Shown here one piece after another: positions 13,966 to 28,094 of a stretch of 64,000 nucleotides of DNA. The notes under the pieces were generated by a model. It saw nothing but the letters and a program-made list of their open reading frames with translations, searched no databases and was not told the DNA's origin. The DNA is from the human T2T-CHM13v2.0 reference genome, Homo sapiens: contig CP068257.2 of assembly GCA_009914755.4 (NCBI GenBank), positions 29,696,001-29,760,000 of the forward strand, given 5' to 3'. A program made the position numbers and the translations under genes. Every line of letters begins with the position of its first letter. The first letter of the stretch is position 1.

Positions 13966-15249
13966 ATAAGTGAATAAAATTTAAAAATATAACCAACCAG
14001 AGACAAACCAGCTTATTTACTGGGAGAGGTGGGGAGACAATATGAAAAGATAATGATACAGAAATTGCCACTTTCTCTCACATCTACACGGTCATATACT
14101 AGCATTAACCCCAATTTCAAATGTCCTCATGATGGTATCTTCCAACAGTCACATGTGACAATATCTAAAAACCTTTGCTCTATGAACAATGCAGTTCCCC
14201 TTTTTGTAGCTAAGAATTATTGTTCCATAAAACTCCGTCTATTAGTCAGTTTCACCAGCATTATCATGAGATCCAATTTGGTTGTCTTTCCTGTTGAGTG
14301 AGTTACTAAAGGTTCCTTGTGGGGTGGAGGGGCGTGAGGGAGTAGATCACAGACCTCATGTCAGCATCAATTTCACATCTACCTGCTGCTGGGTCCTTTC
14401 TTGAGCTCAAAATGAGCTAGAACTCAGGGCTCTAGCCCTGGATCATGCAACCTGTTGTTCTTCCCTAAGCCATGTCTGATTTGGTTTAAAAGTAATTTCC
14501 TCTCCATCTGTATCTTTAACTTCAAGGAAGTGGGAGAGTCAGAGCAAGCTAAGCAAACTGCGGCCCCAGCAACCTGCCTCCCGACCCCCAAAGTTCAAGG
14601 GAAGGTATGCTGAGAGAGTCTGCCAATTCCGCTTCGATATAAGAAAAATGATAAAATCAGCTACTGACATTTTCCTGATTGTACCCACCCCAGACCTGGG
14701 AAAGAACATTTGGCTTGCTATAAATACAACAGGAGCCACACATTTTTCACCTTCATTTCTTCCCCTCAAAGTAAGATGATTCTGTAAACATTCTCATGAA
14801 GGATTCGCTTACAAAAAAACAAAAACCAGCTCCAGCTGCTGGTGTACTATTAAGTTGTTGATCAGGTATGAAACAAGTGCAACAGGTAACAGTTAACCCA
14901 ATAGCCTCCCTCTGACCCCTACACACTGAGCAAAAGCTACACAGGCCAAATGGAAGCCCAGTGACCAGCTCCAGACTTGAAATAAAACCTAAATCCTGTC
15001 TGTGAGAAGCCTCATTTGAGCTAAGTTTATCCTTTGCTGGGACATACTGCCACTTGCAATGATCCCAGCCCCCAGCACCACCTTCCACCCAAACTTCCTC
15101 TCACAAAATTGACTTAGGCAATCGATCCAAAGGTAAGCTAGCTTTCACAGAAAGACAGACATTTAAAAAAATGATCCAGATAAACAAATCACACCTCCAC
15201 AGCCAGGAACCTAGAGTCGAACTAATTTAATCAGATGTAAAATTAATGA

Positions 15250-16300
15250 GAACCCCGAGACTTCCGACGTCCCACTCCAGAACTCCCATCCAGGTGCGGT
15301 CGGGAGCCACAGCTTCTGAATATTCCTTCGGAACTTTTTTCTCACTTGATTCCCAAGCCTGTCATGGGGTTCTTTTTCAATGGCACTGACCTGCAATTAC
15401 CCAACGAGCAGCGGGACAGCCCCGGGCAGGACGCATCCTGGGTGGGTGACGTGATCCCGCAGTCTCCTCCCCGACCCCATATCCCATACAATGATCCTCG
15501 CTTACAGAAGTCAAGGGGGAAAGATGACGCTTTCAAAGCCCGAATCTCTTTACCCTGGAGCCAGAACCAGCGTCGCCGCCGTCCCCTGCAGCTCAGCCGG
15601 CAACGCGCGCCGAGCCTCGGGGCGCAGCTTGGAGACGCGCTTGCTCGTTCTGGGAAGGGGCACGGGACGCACGGTTCCCCGGCCCCAGCTGCACAGCTCA
15701 GCTCGGGGCTCTCACCTATCCTCGTTCAGAGCCACATTCGGCTGCCTCCCCTGACCACCCGACACAAAGAGATTCGCCGGTGGAAAGAATCGATTTCAAA
15801 ATTCAAGCTCACCGCTGCTCAACAAGGCGCGCACGTTTCTCCCCGTCTGGCTTCACATGTCCCAAACTTCCAGTAACAGAAATGAGGAAGCAGCAGCCTT
15901 CCCCGGCTGCTGGCGGAGGCAGTGGGTGTAACTTGTGAAGTTTCGTGCTATGATGAATCTGGTCACTTGGGTGTGTTGGAGAGGGTTGGTCGCTCCTCCC
16001 TTCCTCCTCCCACCATCACCTCCCTCCTCTCCGCCTCCCTCTCCAATTTAATTCTTCCCTCTGGCATTCGCCGGCTGTCACTCAGAATCCCAGCACCCTC
16101 CCCACCACATCCTTGGGGGCAATGTATTTCGAAAAGGTCTTAACCATTTTACGGATGAACCTGGTCACCCTGCACAAAGCGTGAGTGCTTGTCAAATAAT
16201 TTTCTACAGCACGTGGCAAAAAAGCAGCGCCTCTTAAAAGATATAAAAGGCCAGCAATGTTACATAAGCGCCCCCCACCAGCCCTTCAAGGACAGAAACG
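15250..16300. promoter_or_regulatory. CpG island, about 1 kb; putative promoter or first-exon region of an unidentified transcript
   Basis: CpG density is far above the surrounding CpG-depleted DNA. Examples are 'cagcgtcgccgccgtcccc', 'gccggcaacgcgcgccgagcctcggggcgcagc', 'gagacgcgcttgctcgttc', 'gcacgggacgcacggttccccggcc' and 'ggcgcgcacgtttctccccgtctgg'. There is no repeat homology and a GC-rich polypurine/polypyrimidine stretch at 16000-16040. Confidence 0.65.
16236..16247 (+). promoter_or_regulatory. Canonical TATA-box motif at the 3' edge of the CpG island
   Basis: 'agatataaaaggccagc' contains TATAAAAG. Whether it is functional is unknown. Confidence 0.35.
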
Positions 16301-17097
16301 TGGGTAGTTCATTCAGTGGAGACCTAACTCCCAAACATCTATTGAAAAGGAGTGAAGGGCAGAAAAACAGAAACCAAACTTTCAGTTGGCTGCCTTTTCT
16401 TTAATATGTACTAGAAAGTATTTCCAATATACAACATATATTTGAAAAGAATATAATGAACACCCACGTGCCCACCATGTAGCATAAAAAAATTAAAATT
16501 ACTCACATAGTGGAAACTATCTGTCAACCTCTTCCTCGCTGAAATACATCCCTCTTTCCTTCCCCCTGGAAAGAAAACTGCCCCAAATTTGATTTCCCAT
16601 GAGCAATTTTTATATCAGTTTCTAAAAATGTGAAAGGGAACATGCTAACTTAAAGTTTACCAGAAAGCCATGCAATGAACATCCCTCTGCTGTGCTTGAC
16701 CTTGGTTTCCAAACAGAAGTTTCTTTAAATAAAACTTTAAATGACCTCAGGTTAAATGATGCCTCAGGTGGCTGGTTAAAGAGAATGAAAGAAATCACAA
16801 AAGAAGAAAACGGTAAATCTGAAGTGACAAGTGAGAGGCTATATCTGAAAGGGTTGAAGCATTCATGGATGAAATTGATAGATTAATAGAGTATTATCAT
16901 TTTATAAGGTTAAAAGCTGTGCCAAAAACTAAGGATACTCATCCATACTGCAAGGGACTTTCCTCAAAGACACAGGCTACAAAAATAAAAACCCAACATT
17001 CATTAAAGAAGTCATAATGACTCAAATGCCAGCCAGGGATGCAGCCTGGAAACAGTACTCTAAAAAGGGAACTTTCAGAAACATTTAAACTTGACTC

Positions 17098-17200
17098 AAA
17101 TATATATGTATATATATCCATATATATATTTTATATATATTCATATATATCCACACGGATTCACACATATATATATTCATATGTATATGAACATGAAGAA
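17098..17200. repeat. (TA)/(CATATA)-rich low-complexity microsatellite
   Basis: 'tatatatgtatatatatccatatatatattttatatatattcatatatatccacac...catatatatattcatatgtatatg'. Confidence 0.7.
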
Positions 17201-17346
17201 AGAGATGGCTGGTTCATCTTTACATTCTTGGTAAAGAATATAGGCTGGTATAAAGGCTGGTATAGCAGAAAATTTAATAACCACCTGATAAATGAATTAA
17301 GCAAATAAACAAAAGAGTACCCACAAACACATCTAAAGGAACAGAA

Positions 17347-17643
17347 TGGGCACGGTGGCTCACGCCTATAATCCCAGCACTTCGGAAGGCTGAGGCAGGT
17401 GGATCACCTGAGGTCAGAAGTTTGAGACCAGGCTGGAAACACGGTGAAACCCCGTCTCTACTAAAAATACAAAAATTAGCCAGGCACGGTGGTGTGTGCC
17501 TGTAATTCCAGCTACTCAGGAGGCTGAGGCATGAGAATTGCTTGAACCTGGGAGGTGGAGGTTGCAGTGAGCCAAGATCACACCACTGCACTTCCAGCCT
17601 GGGTGACGGAGTGAGACTCTGTCTTGAAAATAAATAAATAAAC
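17347..17643 (+). mobile_element. Alu SINE (AluS-like) with (AAAT)n tail
   Basis: 'gggcacggtggctcacgcctataatcccagcacttcggaaggctgaggcaggtggatcacctgaggtcag...gactctgtcttgaaaataaataaataaaca'. Confidence 0.9.
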
Positions 17644-19406
17644 AGAATGAAGAAAGAGAAGAATGTTTGGATACAGCAATGGTCCTTAGTTGGAGGTGAA
17701 TTTGCCTCCGGGGAACATTTGGCAATATCTGGAGGCATTTTTGGTTGTCACAGCTGGGGGTTGCTACTGATATCTAGTAGGTAGAGTCCAGAGATGCTGC
17801 TCTACATCCTATCATGCATATAACAGGCCCCCACGACAAAGAATTATCCAGCCACAAATGCCAATAGTGCTGCTGCTGCTGAGAAACCCTGATTTAGAAG
17901 TTTCACTATCACCTGTCATTTAATTAATGTATTCCATCTATTCCATATAGCATCATCAATTTGAAGAGACTCTCCAGGGACTTAGAAAAACATGAAACAA
18001 CACTTCTCCTTTTCCACTGTGCAGCATTCAATCGCTGAGAACCATACATATGGGCTCAGAAGAAAGCAGACACTGAGATCAGAGGCAGGAAAGCATCCCG
18101 TGGTTTTGGGTGCAGCCTTGGCATCCATGCACTCACCAAGCTACTGACTTACGCTGAATCTGGATGAAAACAATCATGAAGGGGATGGGAGAAGGATGAT
18201 GTAAAGCCAGGCGGGACTGTCTTGAGAATCAGAGATCGCGTACTTCGGGGAAGCCGACATGGTGTGCAGCGAGAGATGTGACAGATACTGAGACAAAGCA
18301 GCCCCATCGAGGCCCATCAGTCATTTCTCCATTGACAATTATGAGTCTCCGCTGGAACTACTCCACACACAACAGGAAGGCGCTTCATCTCATTACAGCA
18401 TATAGAAAAGAATGTTACAAATCACTCGTGGGAAGAGGAAGGCAAGCACCATGAAGTCAGTGGTCAGAGCATCAGAGCAGTGGGCTTACACGGGGAGCAC
18501 ATCTTGCCTACAGGTTTTCTGGTCTCATGATTACCTAAGAAGGTTTCTTTTAGCTCTGGGTGGGTGGGGGGCATATACTTTTTTTTCACCTTCTTTCTGA
18601 TATTATTATTTAATTTTGCATGGAGGGGGAGAAGAGCTTTTTGTTGTTACTTAGTGTTTCTCTAAAGGGGACGTGGGGGAACAGTAGGTTTGCTCATCTT
18701 GAATTTTCTTAAAGCCACATATATGGTGGGGACGCAATACATACATGTTGGATTAAACCAAATAGTCCCCACCTTCTTCCCTATCTCTCAGGCCTAAAAA
18801 TAAAGGGTCCCCTGTAGATGCTTCTAGAGAAGAATAACTTGAGATCAAGAGTCTGAGCAACATGTGAACACGTTACATAAACCCTGCTGGCTCCATACAG
18901 TGGCGGGCAGGTTTTCACAGATCTGAACAGAACGGCTTACCTGATAGTGATGAAAATACAGCAATATCAGAACTGGAGAGGCCCCAGGCATTGGCCTTGG
19001 GCCTCGGAGGGAAGCAGGACTTAGCATCCAAGAATTTACTGCTATAGCAGAAGGGCTGTGTCCTCCTGCCCAGGAAGATTCCCCCACAACACTAGTAGAC
19101 AAGTGGGCAGTAAGGAAGACGCCTATCCCTCTAAAGGTACCAGTTTCTTAACCTGCAGTTCTGAAAGCCACTCGTTTTGCTTTTTAAGTCATGCGAATTT
19201 CGGAAAAGAAAATGTGAACGCAGGTCCGAGCCCCATCAGCAGCAATGAACTTATACACAAATGTACAGTATTTCTGCTCCAAAGAAATGCAACCAGTAGA
19301 GGGAGCACAGCTGACTTTTGTTGTTAATTTCTCAAGATCGGGATGAACCTGGGAATGACGCTAAATGATACAAAAATAACACACATCACCGCAAAAGAAA
19401 AGATGC

Positions 19407-19530
19407 ATGCACGGACGTTCAGAGAAACTGCAAACCCTGACACCCTTATGCACGAACGTTCAGAGAAACTGCAAACCCTGACAACTTTATGCACGAACGT
19501 TCAGAGAAACTGCAAACCCTGACACCCTTA
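19407..19530. repeat. 41-bp minisatellite, 3 tandem copies
   Basis: The unit 'atgcacgaacgttcagagaaactgcaaaccctgacaccctt' recurs at about 19407, 19448 and 19489 with 2-3 substitutions per copy. Confidence 0.85.
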
Positions 19531-22081
19531 GGAGGTATGTGAATTGTTAGTGGATATTTGCACAAGAGCTGGCTAAACAGACAGAAGAGGACTACATAAA
19601 AAATAAATTCATGTTGGAAAACAATATGTGGCATGTGGAGAAAAGGTCACAAAGGGTTAAACTTCTTTTTCCCTTTGTCAAGTGGATTTACACTCAGAAA
19701 TGAAAACGTATGGAGAGTTTATTTAAGCATATTCTCTCCAAAAATTTTAACTCAAGTGTTTAGCTTGCTCACTCTCTCTCTATATATATTAGATCTACAA
19801 TAGCTGGGCTTTAAAATTCCTTTCAAATTGCATTCTCAGTGACAGAGATGACTTCCAAAAGCAAGCATTTTCTGGATTGCTCTTCAGGGGTCTCCAGAAC
19901 CAACTTGGTCAGGAATCAAGGTGTCTTCAAGATCTGCGAATTTGAAGCCATCAGCCACAATGGAGCTTACCTCCACCTTTTCAAGCCTTCATAGAACAAA
20001 AACAAGGTAAGAAGTGCTGGCACCAACGCGTCCTCACCTATGTCACCTAGCAACAATGTTATCAGCAGCAAGGCCAGGGAAGAGTCTCCTCCTCCTCCTC
20101 GTGTTAGGTGATACGCAACAGGGGTGTCAACACCGTCAAATTACCTGAATCCAAACACGATTTCCCAGCATAACTGCAGTTCCAAATATGCATCCTGTTA
20201 ATGGAATCCATATTTGGACTGCTATGGAAATGCAGAAGGTTTTTCATAACTACATTTTGTGATTGACTACCAACGGATTGCCAAAATCAATTTTTTATAT
20301 TTGAAACTGATGAAAGGTCTAAATATGGATCCATCCCACACACTCCCATGCTAGGTAATCTGAGGGTCTGCTTGGGAATACGGACATGTTTGAAAACACT
20401 GCAAACACTTGTTTCAGCCCTGGATGGGGTCTTTCTATTCTCTGAGAGACAAACAAGGTTCACCTTTCTAGGCAAAGTTTTAAAACACAGTCTTCATTAA
20501 ATTTGATTTGATACAAGAATGTTTTACAACTTCAAAGTAAACCTTATGCCAACCAAACTTAGAGACTCTTTACATAGTTTTCTCTATCTGAAAACAGAAT
20601 ACCTAACAAATACATAGAGATATTCTTAAAAAATACAGGGCCAGCCAAAAAGAGGCCAGGAAACTCTAATAGCTTTTAAACACCACCTCCAGAATGCATT
20701 GCAGGGACTGTGTGGCAAATTCCCTAAAATCCAAGGGCTTCAATTTCCTTTACTATAAAATGATGAATGTTCGATTTAATTTTCTCTGCCTTCTGAGCTC
20801 TATCTTCCAATTATAAGTTTCCATGATTTTAAAGCCCCCATTGTTTTCATTACCCCAAATTAGATTTCCTTACAGAAGAACAACTTTCATCTAACAAGTC
20901 AAAGTCAACAGGGTCAGGACTCCTTGGTAGCCCACATTCTTCTAAGTGAAGCCAGGTTTGTAACTGAAAGGGTGAAGGGAAAAGGGAGGAAGTGCAACCA
21001 GAGTTAGATAAAGATAACAAAGAAGGCCAAGGAAACATCCGTGAGCTCTTAGCTCCCACCAGCAATAAACCATATGGGGCCAGATGCTGTCCCACCCACA
21101 CACACAGTAAGGCTTTTGATTTCAAGGGCCCTGGGTGCCTTGCACAAATGGTGCATGTGTTCACGGGGGGTAAAAGCATCGAAGTTTTTCCTAGTTTGGG
21201 ACCTTTCAGATACCTCCCTGCTCGGCAGCAATAAACAATAATAATTGTTATTGGCACTAGAAGTAAGATAATATAGAATAACTAAGAAGACAAAAAGTCA
21301 AGTTCTAATTTCAGTCCTGCCATTTCTTCAAAGAATGCCAGGATAGCTTTATAATCCCCAGTATAGCCTCTTGAAAAAGCTGGGTCAGGGAGTATCCCAT
21401 CGGGGAGGCCTCATTGGGTCATGAGAGAAGCAAGGATACAAAATGAGAAGAGCCGGTTCAAGTCCAGGGTCCAGCGACAACCAGAAGAGTAACTCAGAGC
21501 AAGTCCCTCTGCCTACCCTTCGGTAAAGTGGGAACTTAAAATAATAGATGCCTATTGGCAATGGAATGCATGGGTTAACAGGCTTTGGACTGGGCACATG
21601 CCCAACACTGTCTCTAAATGGGCGAATGGGCACTAAACATGTCAAGACAATTTTCAATCAGGAAATAAGCCAACCCTGTTTCTTAAACGATCTTAGCATT
21701 TATAATGTTCTCAATGTTTTCACATTGACGGTGCTATTTTGGCAAAAAGTACAGTTCTGGCACTAGTTACGTGTCAGATAACAGAATGGAGGTCCTTCCC
21801 AATGGGGTCACAGAGGGCTCACCCTCTTGAGCCCTAAGCCTTCCCCAGAGAGTCCCTACTGTGGGGAAGTAGCAGGCCACCCTTGTGAGGGTGGACGCAG
21901 TGAGCCACAAAGGCCCGACACTAACCAGGTCCAACCAATTTAATGGTATTTAATGGTATTCATGGGTGGGAATCATTTTGATTTTTATTTTATACTAAGA
22001 TACAGTAACTGTCACTTTAAAATTTTGGGGGGCCAAAACATACTGGGGCAGGGAGTGGAGAATGACGCTGGCTAAGAAGGT

Positions 22082-22506
22082 GATATAGTTTGGATATCTG
22101 TACCCACCCAAATCTCATGCTGAATTGTAATTTTTGGTGTTGCAGATGGGGCCTGGTGGGAGGTGATTAGATCATGGGGGTGGATTTCTCATGTAGAGTT
22201 GAGCACCATCCCCTTGGTGCTGTTCTCGTGATAGTGAGTCAGTTCTCGCAAGATCTGGTTGTATAAAAGTTTGTGGCATCTCCCCGCATCTCTCTTTTGC
22301 TCCTGCTCTGGCACGTGACATGTCTGCTCCTGCTTCTCTTTCTGCCATAACTGTAAGTTTTCTGAGGTCTCCCCAGAAGCCAAGCAGATGCCAGCATCAT
22401 GCTTCCTGTACAGCCTGCAGAACCATGAGCCAATTAAACCTCTTTTCTTTATAAATTACCCAGTGTCAGGTATTTCTTTATAGCAATGCAAGAATGGCCC
22501 AATACA
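22082..22506 (+). mobile_element. ERVL-MaLR solo LTR (MST/THE1 family)
   Basis: It begins 'tgatatagtttgg...cccacccaaatctcatgctgaattgta...ggtgggaggtgattagatcatggggg'. It ends 'ctgcagaaccatgagccaattaaacctcttttctttataaattacccagtgtcaggtatttctttatagcaatgcaagaatggcccaataca', the characteristic MaLR LTR termini. Confidence 0.8.
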
Positions 22507-23460
22507 CGATGAGACATCTAGCACAGGGGTAGGATGGTGAAGTGAAAAGGACCCCACCTATAGACCTGCTTGTAACACATGACACCTTACAGAGTTTTGT
22601 ACTAACCACAGGCACAAAATCAATTAAAATTAGGTGACTTGTAATGAATAATGGCTAGGGAAACGTGTTGATGAGAATCCACTTGTCTTGTGTTCCCTTC
22701 CACTAACATAGGCATTTGATTTCACTCTAGGAATACTTGCTGCCATCTTCCCTAATGTAAATGAAAACCAAACATGTACAAGTTACTTTCAATCAGAGAA
22801 TACGACAAACCTGTATCTCAAAATATTAAAGGGTCTAACATAGGGGTGACACATTTAGGGTCATAGACCTCTATATGTAAGAGAAGAAAGGAGGTCTTAT
22901 AAATCACTCATTCATCTGAAGTCAGAAGGAGTAAGTGACTTGTTCAAGCTCACATAATAAAACCATGACAGCTTCAGCCCAGTACCCAGGTCAACAGAAA
23001 TAAACTTGCTGTATGTTCCACTCAATTATTACCTCCTTTAAAAAATATGTCCATAAAATGAACATTCAATGCAGTGTATGCACATATAATTTGGGGGCTC
23101 CAACCTAGTACAAAAGGCACATACAAATAAAAAACAATATAAATTGAGCCCATCTAGAATTAATAAGCAAACCATAAAAAGTGGGTACATGAGAAATTCT
23201 TGGCTAAGCTCCAGACAAGCAAGCAAGGGGCCCAGAGACCTGGGAGGGAGGACGCAGTCAAACCCGGATGGCTGGAGGCAGTCTGACTCACCAGCAGCCA
23301 GCGTCCTCCCAAACAAATTACAGAGGCAGGCTCAGCAAGAATGCAGGGGAAAGATCCACATGTGCCCAAGGGGTTAAGATAGCAACCTGGTCAAAGATAC
23401 AGACTTCCTCAGTTAGGAAAGCTCTACCCCTGGAATACCAAGAAATTAAAGTTCATCTCT

Positions 23461-23757
23461 GGCAGGGCGTGGTGGCTCATGCCTATAATCCTAGCACTTT
23501 GGGAGGCCGAGGAGGGCAGATCACCTGAGGTCAGGAGTTCAAGACCAGCCTGGCCAACACGGCGAAACCCCATCTCTACTAAAAACACAAAAATTAGCCG
23601 GGTGTAGTGGTGTGTGCCTGTACTCCCAGCTACTTAGGAGGCTGAGGCAGGAGAATCGCTTGAACCCAGGAGGCAGAGGTTGCAGTAAGCCAGGATCACA
23701 CCACTGTACTCCAACCTAGGCAACAGAGCAAGAGTCTGTCTCAAAAAAAAAAAAAAA
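23461..23757 (+). mobile_element. Alu SINE with poly(A)
   Basis: 'ggcagggcgtggtggctcatgcctataatcctagcactttgggaggccgaggagggcagatcacctgaggtcagg...tctgtctcaaaaaaaaaaaaaaag'. Confidence 0.9.
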
Positions 23758-23764
23758 GTGCATC

Positions 23765-24573
<809 letters not shown>

Positions 24574-25477
24574 CTAAAAACAAAAGTAATCAAAACTTTA
24601 CACACATTAACCAAGCCTTCCAATAAGCCAACTCTTCCTGTCATATCACCATGATCTTCACACGCCCAGATAAGTGATTTTCTCTGATTGTAAGAGATAA
24701 AATGACATTGCCTCACCTATCAAGGTAAATCTTTCACAATTATGAAGATAAAACAAGGCACACCCTTGCACAGTATGCTGGAGGCACAGCAGTAGGGAAC
24801 AGCTGCTTCCACCAACCCATCCCAACCCCAAATTTCAACGCATATCAAGAAACCAAAAAGGGTCAGATATGAGTCCAAAACCCTAACAGTGGGGGAAATG
24901 AATCAAACCCAAATTCTTAATTGTAAATATTAAATGTTACACATGTTAACTGACCACATTCAGGTGTACCCTCAACTCGCAGTAATTTCAGCAGTTAAGA
25001 CGTAAGCAGGGGTGCCAGGCAGTCTAAGTGAGAATTGCGGGTCAGCCAGGAATTCCTCTTCCAGTCACAGGCCTATCCCTTAATCTTCATAAAGCCTCAG
25101 TCCCTCATCTGTAAAATGGGAATAAGAGCATTTCCCTCATAAAGCTATGTGAAGACAACTTTGATGACAATGAGTTGCTGACATTTCCTGAGCACTTTCT
25201 CTGTGAAAGCCACTAGGCTAGGGGCTGCTCATTCAATTTTATACCTGGTCCTCATGACAACTCAGCAAGGTACTACTTATTACTAGACCCATTTAACAGA
25301 TAAAGAAAACTGAGGCACGGAGAGGTTAAATGAACTGCCCAAAGCCACTCAACAAGTAAGAGGCAGGTCTAAAATTCTAACCTAGTCTCTGTGAGGCTGG
25401 GACCCCAGCTCTCTCCAACCTCACTACTGCATTTGGGCTACAATCTTGTCATTAACAACCTTGACATCCTTACATTT

Positions 25478-25509
25478 GATTTATTTGTTTTTATTTATTT
25501 ATTTATTTA

Positions 25510-25542
<33 letters not shown>

Positions 25543-25544
25543 AG
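25478..25544. repeat. (TTTA)n plus poly(T), the tail of the adjacent minus-strand Alu
   Basis: 'tttatttgtttttatttatttatttatttatc', followed by a T33 run. Confidence 0.85.
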
Positions 25545-25822
25545 ACAGAGTCTCACTCTGTTGCCCAGGCTGGAGTGCAGTGGAGTGATTTCAGCTCACT
25601 GCAACCTCTGCCTCCTGGGTTCAAGCGATTCTGTGTCTCAGACTCCCAAGTAGCTGGAATTACAGGTGCCCGCCAACAAGCCCAGCTAATTTGTGTATTT
25701 TTAGTAGAGATGGGATTTCACCATGTTGGCCAGGCTGGTCTCGAACACCCGACCTCACACAATCTGCCCACCTCGGCCTCCCAAAGTGCTGGATTATAGG
25801 TGTGAGCCACCATGCCCGGCCT
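25545..25822 (-). mobile_element. Alu SINE
   Basis: 'gagacagagtctcactctgttgcccaggctggagtgcagtggagtgatttcagctcactgcaacc...gcctcccaaagtgctggattataggtgtgagccaccatgcccggcc'. Confidence 0.9.
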
Positions 25823-27212
25823 TATTATTACTAATATTACCCTTTGTATCATGAATCTCAGTTTCTGGGTTCACAAAGTCAGAGGGCTGAGTGTGATTCC
25901 CAAAGCCTACACTTACTCATGGAGAACCTCATGCCCTCTTAAGGACAAATGTGGCAGGCAAGCAACATATTTTAGGGTTTGTCATGAAGCTCCTGGAAGT
26001 TAATTGTCACTCCGTCTGAGAAAGGTGAGTGAACAAGGTATCTAACGTGAGCCAGCTCAATTGCACAAGAGGCAAATAATATGCATAATGCATGTGTGGG
26101 AGATTCCTAAATGTATTCCTGGGGCCCTTTCACAGAACCAAGGACCCCCCCTCCACACCCCCACCACACGAAGAGGCAAGTTCAAACTCTGGACTGAGAT
26201 AATTAACGGCTGGTGGATATTTTACACTGACCTATTTATAATACCTCCCTGAAGTACTAATGTTGGTTCACAATCAAAAGAAATACATACTGAACAGAAT
26301 CTTGCTCGCAGCTGAACCACCCAACTTCCCGGTAAAACATGCATGACAGGTGACTCACAAGGATGACACAGTTCCTGGCACAGGCACCAAGAGTTACTAC
26401 CGGTGTGGAGGAGGCTCAGCCAGCAAGTTGACAAACACTTCACCACATCACCTAAAACACCAAAGTTCAACCCTATGCTCTCAGATGCCTGGTTTCTGAG
26501 AAAGGGAATTTCTCAGAATGGGACCACAACACTGACAACCTGCCCAGCTGACAATCCTTGCTGTGGGCTGGCAGACGCCAAGATAAGTCATCTCTGACTT
26601 TTATTTTTCTCAGCCTCAACAACTTCACACACCTTGCTTAGGCTCAGGCTTATGATTCAGACTTCTCACCCCTCCCAAAGCCCTGTACCCTGGGAGCCTT
26701 TGTTCTTTTTCTGGCCACAGATGAACTCAGCCCATTAAAGAAGAGCTGTAATCCCTTACACATATAACTTTCCATTGGCAAAAATTAGTCAGGTCGGCTG
26801 GGTCTGAGGTCAGCAGTCTCCTGCAGAAACACCCACCAGACACTGTTCCCCCACCACCAAAAAAAAAAAAAAAAGGTAGCGGCTAATGAACTGCCCATTA
26901 ACCGTCTGGTAGAAACACACACACAGATACTACTGACTCATTCCATTTCAATAACCAAAAACAATATTCTTGGCCTTTGGCATGAATATGGGTTTTTGTT
27001 TTCTTAAGGATAGTGGCCACCTCGGTCTATTTGCTCCCGTGCAAACTTGTTCATCTTCCGCTTATGAAGGTAACCTTAGACTTGAGGTCTTTGTTCAACA
27101 TCAACTTCTCAATGAAGGTGTCCTCCTGGCCAGTGGCCCCACCCCACCACCTCCACCCCTCATCCCTGGCACATTTCCTTTCTTACTTCCCTGATTTATT
27201 TTTCTCTCCTTT

Positions 27213-27215
<3 letters not shown>

Positions 27216-27244
<29 letters not shown>

Positions 27245-27530
27245 TTGAGAAAGAGTCTCGCCCTGTTGCTCAGGCTGGAGTGCAGTGATGTGATCTCGGC
27301 TCACTGCAACCTCCACATCCCAGGTTCAAGCAATGCTCTTGCCTCCGCCTCCTGAGTAGCTGGGACTACAGGCGCGTGCCACCACACTGGGCTAATTTTT
27401 GTATTTTTAGTAGAGACAGGGTTTTGTCATGTTGGCCAGGCTGGTCTCAAACTGCTGGACTCAAGTGATCTGCCCGCCTCGGCTTCCCAAAGTGCTGGGA
27501 TTCAGGCGTGAGCCACTGCGCGCCCGGCTA
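27216..27530 (-). mobile_element. Alu SINE with a (TTTA)n tail
   Basis: 'tttatttatttatttatttatttattgagaaagagtctcgccctgttgctcaggctggagtgcagtgatgtgatctcggctcactgcaacc...gattcaggcgtgagccactgcgcgcccggc'. Confidence 0.9.
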
Positions 27531-28094
27531 TTTTTCTCTCCTTTGTACACATGCTGAATATTTTCTTATTTTACTCTTTTTCTTGTTTCTCTCCTCCACT
27601 AGAACATAAGCCCCACAAGAGCAGGCACTTTTATCCATTTTGCTCACAGTTCTATTGCAAGTGCCTAGAAGAGGGCTTCATACGTGGTAGACTCTCAACA
27701 AATATTGCATGATTTGAATAACGGTCATTCATTACCCCGAGATGATAATTCAAGACAAGAAGCATGATCAAAACCACCCAGGTCTGAGGTCTCTTCTTTA
27801 ACCATAGAAAAAAAGTCCTTTTAACCAATTCCTTCTGAATCCTTAACAGCAAAGAAAGAAATAAGGAACAATAGGAGAAATAGACATTTATGTCAATAAT
27901 ACACAAACACTTGGAGTTTTCAACTTATACATTCACTAAGGATGTTCAAGACACTGCATGCCAAATCTCTGAAATACACAGATTATTAATAATAAAGGGT
28001 AAAGATACCAATTGCCCGTATGCCATCATTGTCATGCATCCCCCCCACAGCTCACACCTCCCATCTTTTCAGACCACTCAATCTCATACTCTGT

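Noticed and set aside
15346-15876. 176-aa ORF on the plus strand inside the CpG island
   Set aside because: The translation is R/P/S/Q-rich low-complexity text with no recognisable domain. GC-rich CpG islands generate long stop-free frames by chance. There is no Kozak-like context or downstream splice structure supporting coding.
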